From positions 75,950,001 to 76,014,000 of the forward strand of contig OZ024745.1 of NCBI GenBank assembly GCA_964016885.1: DNA of 64,000 nucleotides, given 5' to 3'. A model generated the notes under the pieces. That model searched no databases and had not been told where the DNA came from. It saw only the letters and a list, made by a program, of their open reading frames with translations. Position 1 is the stretch's first letter; every line of letters begins with the position of its first letter. The DNA is from Eledone cirrhosa. Lineage: Eukaryota. Shown here piece by piece: positions 25,624 to 39,419 of this stretch. A program made the translations under genes and the position numbers.

Positions 25624-25943
25624 ATGTGATATGAATGTTGATGAATACTACACAAAAAAGTCATTTTATTGACAGTAGAAGGTGCCTATGGTAAAGGGAG
25701 ATGAAAGGCGATATGCTGTATAACAAACTTATCCAGTCTTTGCCATCAGAGAAAAACAGGTGTTAAAATGAGGTTGATAAATATTTTTTATAACCTCATT
25801 TTAACACCTGTTTTTCTCTGATGGCAAAGGCTGGATAAGTTTGCTATACAGCATATCGCCTTTCATCTCCCATTACCATAAGCACCTTCTACTGTCAATA
25901 AAATGACTTTTTTGTGTAGTATTCATCAACATTCATATCACAT
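25624..25943. repeat. Long inverted repeat (about 152-bp arms, 16-bp spacer)
   Basis: 25624-25775 is the reverse complement of 25792-25943 with a few mismatches. Confidence 0.95.
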
Positions 25944-26156
25944 TTTATCAACATTCATATCACCATTTTAGATATTAAAGTTAACAGTTAAATGATGGTG
26001 CGGATGTTTTAAAATTTAACTGGAATGGCTTAGATTGATATTTAATATATTGTTGTTTTACTGATTTCTTTTAAAGTCATTGTTTTATTTTCTATTTTTT
26101 TAAAGTCATTCTTTTTCTGATTTTCATTTGTATTGTATTTTTTTCTACTAATACAG

Positions 26157-26261
26157 ATTCAAATGTGAGTAATCAACAATTAATGCAGAATAATACATCC
26201 TGTGAACAATCCAAAGATGAAGAATTGCTGAAGATTAATACCTCAAAGAAATCTGAAAAGC
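26157..26261 (+). CDS. AVEN: Aven coding exon 5
   Basis: CTAATACAG acceptor, 105-nt symmetric phase-1 exon, GTATGT donor. Confidence 0.8.
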
Positions 26262-26771
26262 GTATGTAATTTAATATTCAGTATATTACTTTCAGTATCA
26301 TAAAGTTTTTTCTTTATTAGTTCCAGGTTATTTATATTAGTCTTTTACTGGTTTCAGTCATTGAACTGCAGTTATGCTGGGTTACGCCCTCTATTTATTG
26401 AATGGCTTTGTTTAATTTTTGGGGTGTGAAGGTATGTAACTCAATATCAAAACACCACAATGTATTTTTTTTACATACACACACATGTATATATAAATGG
26501 TTAGCTTCCACATACTTCTTCTCAACCAAGTATTACTGACAAGGCTACAGCGTAAGCTGCTTGTCCAAAGTACCATGCAGTGAAATTGAATGCAGAACTG
26601 TGAAGTGAACTTCTCGACCACATGGCCATATCTACACTGATGTCTATATAATTCATTAATTTTTTTATTACATGTTGTTTAGGTACATGTTTTTTTTTAT
26701 GTTTGTAAATGTATCATTTGCCTCCAAATTCAAGAAGTATCAACTTATTTTCAATATTTTTTTTTTTTCAG

Positions 26772-26833
26772 AATATGTAAGTGCTGCGACATCTTCATTG
26801 GAAGATTGGCTTGATAGTGTACTGGATGATTAG
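26772..26833 (+). CDS. AVEN: Aven last coding exon
   Basis: SSLEDWLDSVLDD* matches the conserved Aven C-terminus LEDWLDS. Spliced CDS totals 990 nt (329 aa). Confidence 0.93.
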
Positions 26834-26972
26834 ATATTCATTTCTTTTACTGTTGATTTTTAAAAAGATCAAATTTCTAAGATTGCAGATTCTACCATAA
26901 GATATTACTAATATATTGATTTAATTGATTTCAAGTTGTATCAAAGAATATATTACCTCTAGATTTATGTGA

Positions 26973-26978
26973 AATAAA
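26973..26978 (+). terminator. Candidate polyadenylation signal of AVEN
   Basis: AATAAA 140 nt after the stop, followed by a GT/T-rich tract. Confidence 0.6.
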
Positions 26979-28617
26979 CTTATATCTGTATACTGTTTGC
27001 TGGTTGTAAACTTGTTTATTTGTACCTAAAACCTTTTACAATACAAATAATTTACTACTATGAATTGCATTTCCAAAATAAATAATTTATTGTAAGAATA
27101 TTCTGGAAAGAACTGCCACTTTATTAAAAAAATTGTTTGCAAAATGAAAATTTTGTTTCCAGTCCTTGCTAGCCGGGAAAAGATATTAAATGATGATGAT
27201 ATCATTTAATTACTTTTTAAGATCTTAGGAAAAAGGAATTTATAAATCTAATGTATTCATATAGTTATGTTTTGAAATAGGGAAGAAAAGGGACATGAAA
27301 CATTAATACCATATTCACTAACGAACTGTAAAATGTGATAAGAATTTTATGATATTGTTGTATTTTTAAGAATTGTTTCTAACAATTAATCTATACTCAA
27401 GTAATTTTCTCAAATATTTGTGAGACATTCACAAAAACATCAAATATTTAGACTAAACTAGTTAGGAAGAATTGTAATAGAACACGATTAAACAGTCGCC
27501 AGTATAGTATGTTATGGGAAATAATGGCATATAATAAAATCGAGTATACTAAATAAAATATCATTTCTCAGTATGTCAGCTATATGTCTTTTACAAGATA
27601 AAATAATTTTTTTATATTCAATGCAATCTCTTCCTCTCCAAAGCATTGATTGCATTTGTGATATATTTGAACAGACATTAATACCATATACACTAACAAT
27701 CAGTAAAATGGGGTTGATTTAATCAACTCCTCCCACCAGCCCTAAAATTACTGGTATTGTACCTAAATTAGAAATCATTATAGATAATTGTTTCTACTTT
27801 TGGCACAAGGCCAGTAATTACCCAGTGCATTACTGGTACTTTATTTTATCGACCCCCGTAAGGATGAAAGGCAAAGTTAACCTTGGCGGGATTTTAACTC
27901 AGAATGGCAAGGGCCGTAACTCTATGCGTCAAAGCATAACGTCCGACCCTCTACCGATACTGCCAGTCCACCGCCAATCATTATAGATAATGGTTTTAAA
28001 ATTATAAAAGCTTGTTTGTTGCAGTTCATGATGTTGTAAACAAGGTAGTAAGCTGTCCACAATTCAAACCCATGATATTTGAAGTAAGCTTCATCTTCAC
28101 TGTGGACCTCGGGTCTTGAACCAGCAAAGGGGTTAACATCTATGCTGTGGATCTACGTATTAACTCTTAACATACTATGATTTATTAAAAAATATCTAAA
28201 AATTGGGTTTGTTAATTCAATTGTTTGTAGTATCTTTACTAGTGGACAGATCATTGTGGAAGTTTGGAGTGTTAGAGTAAAGACTAATTTTTAATGTGAT
28301 GCAGTTATAATTGTTTCTACTTTTGGCACAAGGCTAGCAATTACCCAGTACATTACTGGTACTTTATTTTATCGACCCCCGTAGGGATGAAAGGCAAAGT
28401 TAACCTCGACGGGATTTGAACTCAGACCGTAATAAGACATAACTATGCTAGAAAGCATTGCATCCAACCCTCTACCGATACTGTCAATTCCATTTTGTAC
28501 CTTTCAAGAATGTCTTCCAAATGTGGTTTCTTGTGGTACAGAGTTAGAATAAACTTATTGCTTAAACAAATGTTTTAGTATTCCCCTGCATAACTACATC
28601 AGGACTATGTGACACTA

Positions 28618-28900
28618 GATGTGGAGGCATGTGGCCTAGTGGTAAAGGTGTTGGACTTATGATCATAATATCATGGGTTCAATTCCTGGGCTGGGTTGTG
28701 TGTTTTGTTCTTGAGCAAAACACTTCATTTCACATTGCTCCAGAATACTCTGCTGAAAATGAGTACCAGTGGTAGCTAGGGGTTTAACCCTGCGATAGAC
28801 TGGTGTCCTGTTAAGAGAAAAGGCCTTGTACCCTCAATCACTTCATGCCATAAAACTAGGATAAGCACCAGCCTAATGAGCCTTCTGGCTTAAGACAGAC
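28618..28900 (+). mobile_element. SINE family B, full length
   Basis: GTGGCCTAGTGGTAA A-box, GGTTCAATTCCTG B-box; followed by (AGACT)n. Confidence 0.85.
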
Positions 28901-30369
28901 TAGACTAGACTAGATCTTAACAGGTGAAGCAATGTTACAGGAACTGATCCACTACCATTCTTCCTTGGTATTTAAGCTTTACTTGACATAGAAAAGCACA
29001 TAAAAAAACAACATTTTTTCACTACATGCAATGCACACATTCAAACATGCAGAGCATTATCTTAGATTGATAAGTCATAGTTTATACAAGGATTAAAGAA
29101 TACTCATTCATCTACTATTGAGGTATTTTCTCCGGTTTTCACTAGAGAAAGAAATGTAGATCCACATAAGCTAAATAAAGTGTTTTTTTTCCCCATAGCC
29201 AAACCACTCTTGTTGAAAGAGTGTAAAGGACTCTTTAACTTTACAGTAGGTAAGGTTAACTCTAGTGCTGGTGCCATGATAAAATGAACCCAGCACTCTC
29301 TGTTAAGGGATTAGTTGTCAAACAGAGACAATGTCGTCTGGAGAGGACTCTTCAGCCATGTCAGGGACATGACAGACACTTTTTGTGCTAGTGCTATGAT
29401 AAAAATTACCCAGGACTGTAAAGTGGCTTATGTTAGAAAGAACATTCAGCCATAGAAATAATTTAATGTATGATTGGGACATGGTCCTCTGACCTGTTTG
29501 GGAGCACAATAATTCCGAATAAGAACTGATTTGGATAGCAATGACTTCTCCAACCCATATTTTCATGGAAAATGGACATAAAATAATGGTAATTTTATAA
29601 ACCAGTTTCTGTGAGTAATTTTTCTGGAATAAATACTTCTCTTAACTTCATAGGTAAGGTGGAAACAAAAAAAAAAAACCCCATTCTTTCCGAATAGCAC
29701 TCGTATTTAAACTAAGAAACCTGTGACAAAAAAAAAATCCATGGTAAAATGGGAAGGGGTGAATCGTCTTATATTCAAAGTCAATATTTTGCTAATTTTC
29801 ACCAACTTCATCTATGTAAATGAGGTGTTTATTTTCATTTTGGAGGTGAATATTACACTGGTTTTACTTTGGAGGTGAAATTTGTTTTCCTATTGGTTTT
29901 TATGCTTTTTGAAAGAATATGGCCTTCAAAACGCTAAAAAACTGGTAAAAAATAATTTTATAATGGAGTTGTGAAACTAAAACTATGTGCTAAACAACAC
30001 TTAAAACATTTTAAATATCAAAATATGAAAACTTCATAAATATATTCTCTGCTCATGAGAATTTCAAAACCACACAATAAGCTCCCTTGGCTTATTCAGT
30101 GGGTTTGGATATTTTGCCCAAGTCTCAAACATAAAATAGAGGAGGATTACATTCATTTAAATCAAAAAGTTTTTATTATTGTTTAGCTGCATGTCCAGCC
30201 TGATGGAGTAAACCTATGATCAAAGGCATTCCAATCGTGACCATCCCACCTTTTCCTTAAGCACTGTACACTTAGTACCATACTATCATATGAAAGCAAA
30301 ATTGTTTCATTGCTCTATGACAGGATCATCTGCCAACACTTTATCACCTATTGAGTTTGTCTTGAACTG

Positions 30370-32460
30370 ACAGTGTCTGCTCCCCACTCTCTGTAGCACC
30401 GTCAGACCATGGATTTCTAGAAATTATCCATATTCCTCAGGCCAAAAGACTTCCCGAACAGACTTGTCAATTCATTCTTGTTGATGTTTAGAATTTCTCT
30501 GAGAATATCATTGCTCTTGCCAACCTTTAGTCTTTTATAGAATGCTAACATGTAATTTCCATTGTTCAACTGGTAGAGGTCTGTTCACTGTCTGGGAATG
30601 TTTGCAAATGTCACAGCCTCAGCACATATCTGTGCATCAATAACCACATCATGACAATCCCTTCACACAAATGGTGTTGGTAGTAGATGCTACAATCTTG
30701 TGAAATGAGAACTCGGACAGGGCATGATGGTCAGAAAGTATTATATATAACAGCGACGATGTATGTTTTTGCCACCTCTGCTCAACAGTGATAGCTTGCT
30801 CTTTGCTTATTTCAGGATACGACTGGTTACCTTGCTTATTACCATATCTCACTTTCTATGCACCTGGAGGTCCAGACCAAATCAGAACCCAAGAAACTTT
30901 AGTTTCTCTATTCAACACCCCACAACACTGTTGGATGGCACAGATTTGCCTCTCCAGGTGCTGAGCTGTAAAACCACTGTTTTGTCCAGGTTAATCTTTG
31001 CTCCTGTCAACATTTTGTTTCCTTTAGGAAGGTGCTGACCACTTTGATTTCTAATGTTTCACGCCATTGTGGTAAAATTGTCTACACATGCAGACACAGC
31101 ACTTCTACATCTTAATTTGAGTGTAATGCCCTTCAACAGCTCCTGCTTGTACAGTCAGCACATATAGAGTCAGCACATATAGAAAGGAGGAAAGAGGACA
31201 CATTTGACAGACTGAACATGGGATCTGAAATGATTCTGATAGGTTGCCATTTACTCTGATCACCAAACAGATGTTGCTGTGCATTGAAGCTAGGTTCAGA
31301 CTCAAGTACACTACTGTCTCCATTCTTCTGTTTGTCTGAAACTGTTGTGCAAATGCTGCTGAAAATCTGCACACATCTTCTTAGAATTAAGTAGCACACA
31401 CCCATATTGCTCTGTCAAAGACTGAATGGTGGCTTTGATGTCATACTATACCACTCAAATACAGCAAGGGGCTTTCATTCCTTTGTAACTAAGAACATGT
31501 GGCTTAGCTCTGACAATGCAACTTTTGTGTTTCCTGTCAAAATGGTCTAGAGCCATTCTTTCAGCTAGCACGTCAGTTGTGATGCCACCCCTTATTGCCT
31601 TTTCCGGTTTAACTAATAACTTGCACTGTATTTTCACAAAATCTAACAATTTTAATCTAACCATTCTTTTGAGAGTACACCATTATTGGTTGTTGACAAT
31701 TGTTCCAATCAACTTGTGCTTAACTAATATGCTAATCCAGTTTCTATAGGGTTTATGTGCCAGAACGAGTCATTCAGCTTCCAGTGGTTGGGTCCCTATC
31801 TATGTGATGACCAAGCAGATCATAAATTTATAATCTGTGTATAAGACTGTTTTTAATTGTGGCTGCCCTTATTATGTCTATCTGGTAATCTAATAAAACG
31901 CCTATCTAGATATATAGTAGATGACCTTATGTAATTGCTCCATGTCCACATTGCTGCATTCAAAAAATCTAGTTGGTATCTATCCGACTGTTGGCACCGT
32001 CTGATCAGGTTTCTGAGGGTTTTGAACCCCACTCTTCTATTTGCTATCCCCACACAATCCCTTTGCACATCCAAGATGCCATTCCAGATCTCTGCTAATT
32101 GAAAAGGGGGAGGCATTCCAAGAAAGGCCTCTAGACACCTGAAAAAGTCTGTTCAGCCTACCCTTGTCAAGCCATAGACAGCCACCTGTCTGAAAGTACT
32201 ACCTTCAAAACTGCTTCCATCCATGATCACCAATCTACCATCTGGGTCCAGAAAGATTGTCCATGCCTCACAGTTCAAGCCTTTCTGAAATAGCCCTGCC
32301 ACTCTGTCTGCCATTCCAGGCCAACTGAGAAATGCATGGATCTCAAATTATCAAAAATGAGCACTAGTGTATGTGTATCAGAAATTCCTGTCTCCCTAAC
32401 AGCTGTCCCATCTACAGATAGTAACTTGAGGTTGTTGAAAAAGCTACCTTGCTACTCTAC
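30370..32460 (-). mobile_element. Decayed L1/Tx1-type LINE
   Basis: VNGNLSESF..SVCQMCPLSSFLYVL resembles the L1-type GVRQGCPLSPLLY; endonuclease-like remnants upstream; many stops. Confidence 0.65.
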
Positions 32461-35199
32461 ATGACCCTATGTAATTGTTCCATGGTTACTGTGATGCATT
32501 CAAGAAATTATGCATTTTTACATCCTACTTTTATAATTGTCATGTTGGTAGGAAAGAGGGGAAAAACACTTATCTGGTCCTGCTGGTGTGGTTGGAGATT
32601 ACATGTTACACTTTACTATTGTTGGTCTTGCGTTTATTTGTCTGCAGGAGTTTCATGTTAATCTCATTTAGAAATCACTATTCTCACTTTGAAATCATTA
32701 TTCTCACATTCAGGTTGTAAAGTTGCATTAAAAAATCATTAGTCTTACTTTGAAGTGGCAAGATCTTATTTTGAACTATATGCTCACTTAGGATTACAAA
32801 TGCTGTAATTGAATAATCTCCTAAAACACCTTTAAATTGAATACAATTAAGCATTGAAACGTGTAAATCATGAAATTATGTATATTTAATTGATCTAATT
32901 ATTGTCTTTGTATTAGATTCTTTTTGTTAGTTATAGTGGCAAATGTTCTCTATTGAATTATAGCTCATATATACTGAAAATACAACTAAAAGACTGATTA
33001 ATTAGACACTTTTTGTTTGAAAGGTAATTCCTTATTAAGTGCATGTAAGATAAAAATAATGACTTTGAATAAAATATTAAAAAAAAATCCAACACTTCTT
33101 GTTTCCAAGTCACACATAGCTGAACTCAGTTGTGCAAAGAAAGTACACAGTAACTATAAGACTACTGAAATAATGATGGTGATTATTTGGGTTAAAAGTT
33201 AGAACATGTTTAATTATTTGAATTTTGCATTACATCATTTTAGTTCTGCTATTTGAAACTTTGTGTACGAGTACACACGAGTAATCCAGAAAGTCTTAAG
33301 TTATTAGTTGCATATTTATTCATTAATTCACTCCCCTGTTAATGAATTACTTATTTTTACTGTCTAATTGTCATAACAAGCAAGAAAGTTTCTATGTATT
33401 TTCTTGAACTGTTCAATATAGCAGCCTAATCTTCAACTTCACCCCAGCTTTTTTTTTTAATGTAGACCATATGAACCAGCAAAGGGAGTTTCTACATTGT
33501 CATTATGATGAGTCAATGAAGAAGTATCTACACAGTCATTTGAGCTGTTATAAATAGTAGCCAAATTCCCCTCATATCAATTCCTTTCATCTTACCAAAG
33601 GGAAGGACACTATATTATCACTTTACCTCTCTCTCATGGTCAACCCTCTCCCACAACATCTTACACAATGCAAGTGTAATGAAAAAGAGCCTCACATCAC
33701 AGTACTGTCACTCTCTACTTCTAACCATCATTCTCTCCCTTACATAAAACCAGTAACAGTTGGCATCAGACGAGGCACTCAAAAAAGTGTCACCCAACCC
33801 ATACCAGTATGGAAAACTAGATGCAAAAGCAACGATAACGGATATATATTGTGAAAGACTGCTGTAAACCCAGGCTCTGCAGCATTTCAGGCCAAGGAGG
33901 ATAAACTCTCCAAATATCAGTTACTCTCCATAACAGTGGAGACTTCTTGTGTCCTTAGCCCTAGGGCCACCTCCCTACTCACCACCTTTGGTACAGAGTT
34001 GAGTACCCGCAGGTGCGAGCCTTGCAAGCTAGAATGGCTCTTCCAGTGTGTCTCCCCCACCATCCTCTGGGGAAACACCTCTATTCTGTCTGCAGGGGCC
34101 GTGGGGCAGCCAGTGCATGAGCTCCCATTTGCTTATAATAGTGAGAATAGGGAGAAGTTGTTTTTCGTTTTTATAAACCATGTTTTAAATTAAAGTTACA
34201 AGAAAACGAGTTAAGTTTAAATAAGCTATGCGACTTGAGACATCGTTCCTTAATAACTAGACCTGCCTCCACTACCCCTACTCTATCCAAGATCACTCCC
34301 ACTCCTTTTAAATATTAGCACACCAGCCATAGCCTTAGTAACTCTTCTCTTCATTGAGCCTCCAACTATATCCAGGATCATGCCCTCCCCCCCATCTCTT
34401 CTCCTATAGTACCCTGTTAACTCCCATCCACACAGCACCCTTTTAAACTCCATCATGCCTATCTTACACCCATGACATCATACTTATCCCTCAGCATCCC
34501 TTTGTCTTCCCCCTCTCACATATTGTTACCTATGACATGCCTATCATCCTTCTTGCCTCCCCTCATCCTATTTTTCCTCAAACATGGCTGACATAGGACA
34601 AGTCATCATCCACCCAACAGGGTAGATAAGGGTACAGTAATGTCAATGATGACATTCTCTTCCTAACCATCACACTACCCACCACTATCCAGTTTGCTCC
34701 AACCAATATGCTAGTCAAAGCTTTAGTAAGTGTTCTCATCTTCATTCTAACCCACTCTGTTTGGGATCCCTCCTCCTCCCACTATCCTCTCTCACATCAC
34801 CTTGCCAACTCCCACCATACTTGTCATGCACCCTTTGCCATGCCTATCACCCTCTCTACTACCTTCCATTCTATTGCTCCTCCCCACAAAAACACAGCTT
34901 ACTTGGGACAAGTCATAATCCCTTCATAAAGTAAACAGGGCTTTTCAGTTAAGTGAATGGCAACAATCCCCCTAGTGCTGGTGCCACGATAAACCACTCC
35001 TAGTACATTCTGTACAATAGGGGAATGTATGTAAACAAGATGTTAGTTAGTAGTAAACAAGCCCAGTTAGTGGCTTTAGCTGAATATTGACATGGTATGT
35101 AATAACTAGTCAACCTTGAAAGAAAAGTTTTTAAAAATAATCTCCACATGGTGTAACAATAACGTTTTACAGAAGGGTAGATAAAACATGACAGGCCTT

Positions 35200-36700
35200 A
35201 AAGAGTGCTAGAAAGGGCTCCAAGCGAATCCATTTTAGACAACTCAAACTAATTTATCACCTCGTCCCAAGTCTTCCTAAGTCTTCTTACTCCATAACTT
35301 CCATCAACTTTGAGCGCTTTGCACTTTTTATACAGCTGTCATCCTTCATACGCATTACATGTCTATACCAACACAATCTCCTCTCCTGCACACTGTACCT
35401 GATTCCTCTTATGCATAGTTTCTCTCTCAGTTCATTTATGCTTTGTCATTCATGTATTAACACTATTACACATCCTTTGAAGCATGGAAGCTTCATTTCT
35501 TTCCAATCTTCGCTAGTCCTCTGTACTCAGTGCCCAGGTTTCATTGCTGTTCGTATATAATTAGCAGTGATAGTAGCTCCCAGTACTTTCTTTAACTCAT
35601 TGTCACTCTGGCTACTGTGCTTTCAGAACACGCTCCTCCACTGCTAATTTAGTCACCCAGGTAACAGAAACTATCTACTATTTTTACAGAGCCTTCTGGG
35701 CATTTGAAGGAGTGAGTATCCTGTGCACTTTCTAGCTACTTACTGCACATGTGCATCGGCTGCATATAAAATCTTTGTTCTTTGTTAGCCTTCCTGAGAT
35801 CTCATTAAATCTCATTACATCTCTTGTGTACCCAAAGTTTGCATTTGGGAGATAGGATGGAATTCCTACCTACTTCTTTTCTGCACACTGAACAAAGCTA
35901 TTTTCCTGAGGGAATCTGAGCCCTGTTTTCCTTTTTACATGCTAGGACTTTGGTCACTGACATGTTAACTTTAAGATCTTTTGATTCTAGGACATGCTTC
36001 CAGGTTTGGAATTTTTTTCTCCAATTCTGCCATAGATTCAGCTTCATACAGAAGTTCCCATGGGCAGCTGGTCTTAAACTCCTCTGTTATAGCCTGCAGG
36101 ATGATAATAAACAGTAGAGGGCTAAGAACTGATCCCTGACAGACACTGACCTGCGTGCTAAATTCTTTGTTATACTCATTGTTAATTCTGACATTGCTGA
36201 CTGTTCCTCTATACATGGCTTGTTCTGCCCTCACAAGCCACTCATTTACTTCTAGTTTTCTAAGAGCCCACCAGATAATGAAATGGGGCACTCTGTCAAA
36301 AGCTGTCTCTAGGTTAATAAATGCCAAGTAGAGGGGTTTCTTTTTAGTTAGGTACTTCTGCAGTTGCCTCACAAGGAAGAGGGCATTTGTGGTACTGTTA
36401 CCTGCTACAAATTCAAACTGCATCTCATTTAGGTGAACTCAATCCCTAATCGTCTGTGCTATAATTCTTTCTGTGACCTTCATGACCTGGTCAACCAATT
36501 TAATGCTTCTATAGTTTTCTCTGGCTAGAGCATCTCCTTTGCCCTTGTAGCAGTTGATGCTGCTGCTGCTATGACACCATTTTGTATTACTTGGTTTACA
36601 ATACGAGGGGTTAAGGTGTGACCCACCATCTCAGATGCTTTCAGCATCTTGGCAACTATCACTGAAGGTCCAGCAGCTTTGCCTGTCTTCATATCTGCTT
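35200..36700 (-). mobile_element. RTE-type LINE remnant
   Basis: LAFINLETAFDRVP..WWALRKL, QGSVLSPLLFII, PWELLY. Confidence 0.85.
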
Positions 36701-36703
36701 GTC

Positions 36704-36843
<140 letters not shown>

Positions 36844-37389
36844 GTGGATGCCAACTCGTTTTCGAGTACGGCCACTACTTTATATCCATGTAGGAGAACC
36901 CCTACCGATGCGCTGAACGAGTGCGACATTTTAGTCCAGCCAGCGACTTGAAAACTCTGGTACAAACACTACACCTGTGACAATTATTGACACATAGTGC
37001 TGGGCCCATGGTACCATGTGACGACAAGTGCAGAGAGATCTCCAGATATAAAGCAATGCCTGTGCCGTGAAGCTTTTATAGTGAGCAAAGGCACTGCACA
37101 AAGCCAGTCCCACTCTCTTAACCAAGATGATATTTACCAAAAAGAACAAGTCAACATCATTGGATACCATCAGGGTTACAGGTGTTATATCAGAGTTTTC
37201 CTTCTCCTAGAATTCTGCCCTGACAAAGGCTAAGGGGTCATCTCTCCCGGTGATTTTGGATGGCCATTGGCTCTTAAAACCTCCTTTGACAGGTTTTGTT
37301 TTTAGTCCTGCAGGATGTCCAAAGTCACCCTCCTCACCAAGAAACCTTGGTGGGTTGCCAGTTTAGTCGCCAACGACCCGACCATGAGC
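36844..37389 (-). mobile_element. Retroelement-derived insertion splitting a (TACA)n tract
   Basis: GC-richer block between two TACA arrays; CTAGGAGAAGGAAAACTCTG resembles an RTE-type 5' UTR. Confidence 0.5.
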
Positions 37390-39419
37390 TACATACATAC
37401 ATACATACATACATACATACATACATACATACATACATACATACATACATACATACGTGTGTGTGTGACTGACTGAATACACTTTTTTCTCAAAATTTAA
37501 TTTCCTTTCCTTCCTCTTCTCACTCTCTATCTTTCTATTTCACCTTTTATTACTCATTCTATCCTCTGATGAAGGACCAGTGTCTGAGATGTAAAATCTC
37601 TTTTCTTACAATATCAAGCATTAAACTAATATATTTCTTCATTGTACTATGTTGTTTGCTTTGTTGCTTCCATTTACTTTTTGCATATATTTATATATCT
37701 TATATTGTATATAATTGTTTCTACTTTTTTGGTACAAGGCCAGCAATTATCCCAGTCTATTACTGGTACTTTATTTTATCGACCCCGTAAGGATGAAAGT
37801 CAAAGTTAACCTCGGCGGGATTTGAACTCAGACCATAAAGGGCCGTAACACTATGCTGCAAAGTATGGCGTCTGACCCTCTACCAATACTGCCAATCCCC
37901 CGTCCCTTATATTGTATATAATGATTGGAGAACTGCAAGACTTGATAAATATCAGTCTAGAGTAGTGGATTTATAGAGTTGCTAAATTATCAGACATCTC
38001 TGAAATCTTGCCATCAATCATGTCACAGGTGATGATAAGATTGGATTCTGTGTTATTGTTATGAGGGCGGTGGGTTGGCAGTATCAGTAGAGCATCGGAA
38101 AATATGCTTTGTGGCATAAAGTTACGGCCCTTTACATTCTGAGTTCAAATCCTGCCAAGGTTAGCTTTGCCTTACATCCTCACAGGGGTCAATAAAATAA
38201 AGTACCAGTAACACGCTGGGGTCAATTTAATCAACTTTCTCTTTCCCCAAAATTGCTGGCCTTTTACCTAAGTTGGAAACCATTATTAAAGCAGTCACAG
38301 TCTTTTAGAACAGCCACCGATATCCATTAGAAACTTGCCATGACAACTGAATTAGCTTGACAATATTCCAAGACTCCTACTTTTGAGACATCGTAATCAA
38401 GTGCTGCTAACAGAGAAAAATAACAACCTAAAATGAGCCAATACTTCACCATCCAGTAAAATTTGTTGAAGGTAAATAGAGATTAGTGAAATAAGAGGTG
38501 TTGATTGCCTTGTATGCTACAGAGAGTAGGGGTAGGCTTTTAGGTCTGTGTGAGAATGAATGAATAACCCCTGAGTGTTTGAAAAGATATTATAATGTCA
38601 CAGTGATGAGTGTGATAATCATAAAACAATATCAACAACAATAACAACAGCCTATTTGACAGGGGAACATTTCATATTTTTAAAGTTTGTTAGAAAAACA
38701 AATATCCAAGAATTTGAATCTTTAATATTATATTTCAACTTATTTAGGGGTTTTCTTTGTTGCTGGTAAAGTGAAAATGGATTAAATTTTAATCAGTTCG
38801 CTGAAAGTTAATCCTCTTTAATTTGTAATGTCTTTGAATTATCAGGAAATGCTTTTTATAACAGTTTTAAAAGCAAATATTTCTGATCAACAAGAAAAAA
38901 GTAATGATACTGGGCTGAGGAGAAATAACAGCAGAAACAACAACAGCAACAGTAGCAAATATAGCGAACGGAAAAACGCAACAATGCAATAATAATAACA
39001 CCAGAAGCAACAGAAAAAGAACAACTGCAATAATAACTTCGGCAACCACAGTTGAGAGGGGATGAAATGGGGGAATAGTAGCAGTATCAACAAGAAAAAC
39101 AATAATGACATATCAGTAATAAGAGCAACAAGAACAAAAACAAAATGACAAAAAAAAAACTAATAGAAAAAGCAGTAATAACAAAAAGGAAAGCAAAGAA
39201 AAGAAAACTGCAATTGAATAAATTCATCTTAAAGAATAGGATATTTATTATTCCAAACAAGACTATAGAGAAGAGAGTTGATTAAATCTGTTTATTTGAC
39301 ATTAGGCAACAGAAAAAAAAAACTGATGGTTTTTCTAGTATTTATTAAAGCCCAGATTAATTATTTTGATAGAAAATGGCTTTGAGAAAAGAGAAGGCAA
39401 AAATTTTGTTTCATTATCA

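Noticed and set aside
27300-27710. 36-bp imperfect direct repeat about 375 bp apart downstream of AVEN
   Set aside because: AT-rich and diverged, with no element structure between the copies.
38867-39210. Hydrophobic membrane-protein-like ORFs
   Set aside because: Antisense translation of an (AAC/AGC/AAT)-rich low-complexity tract.
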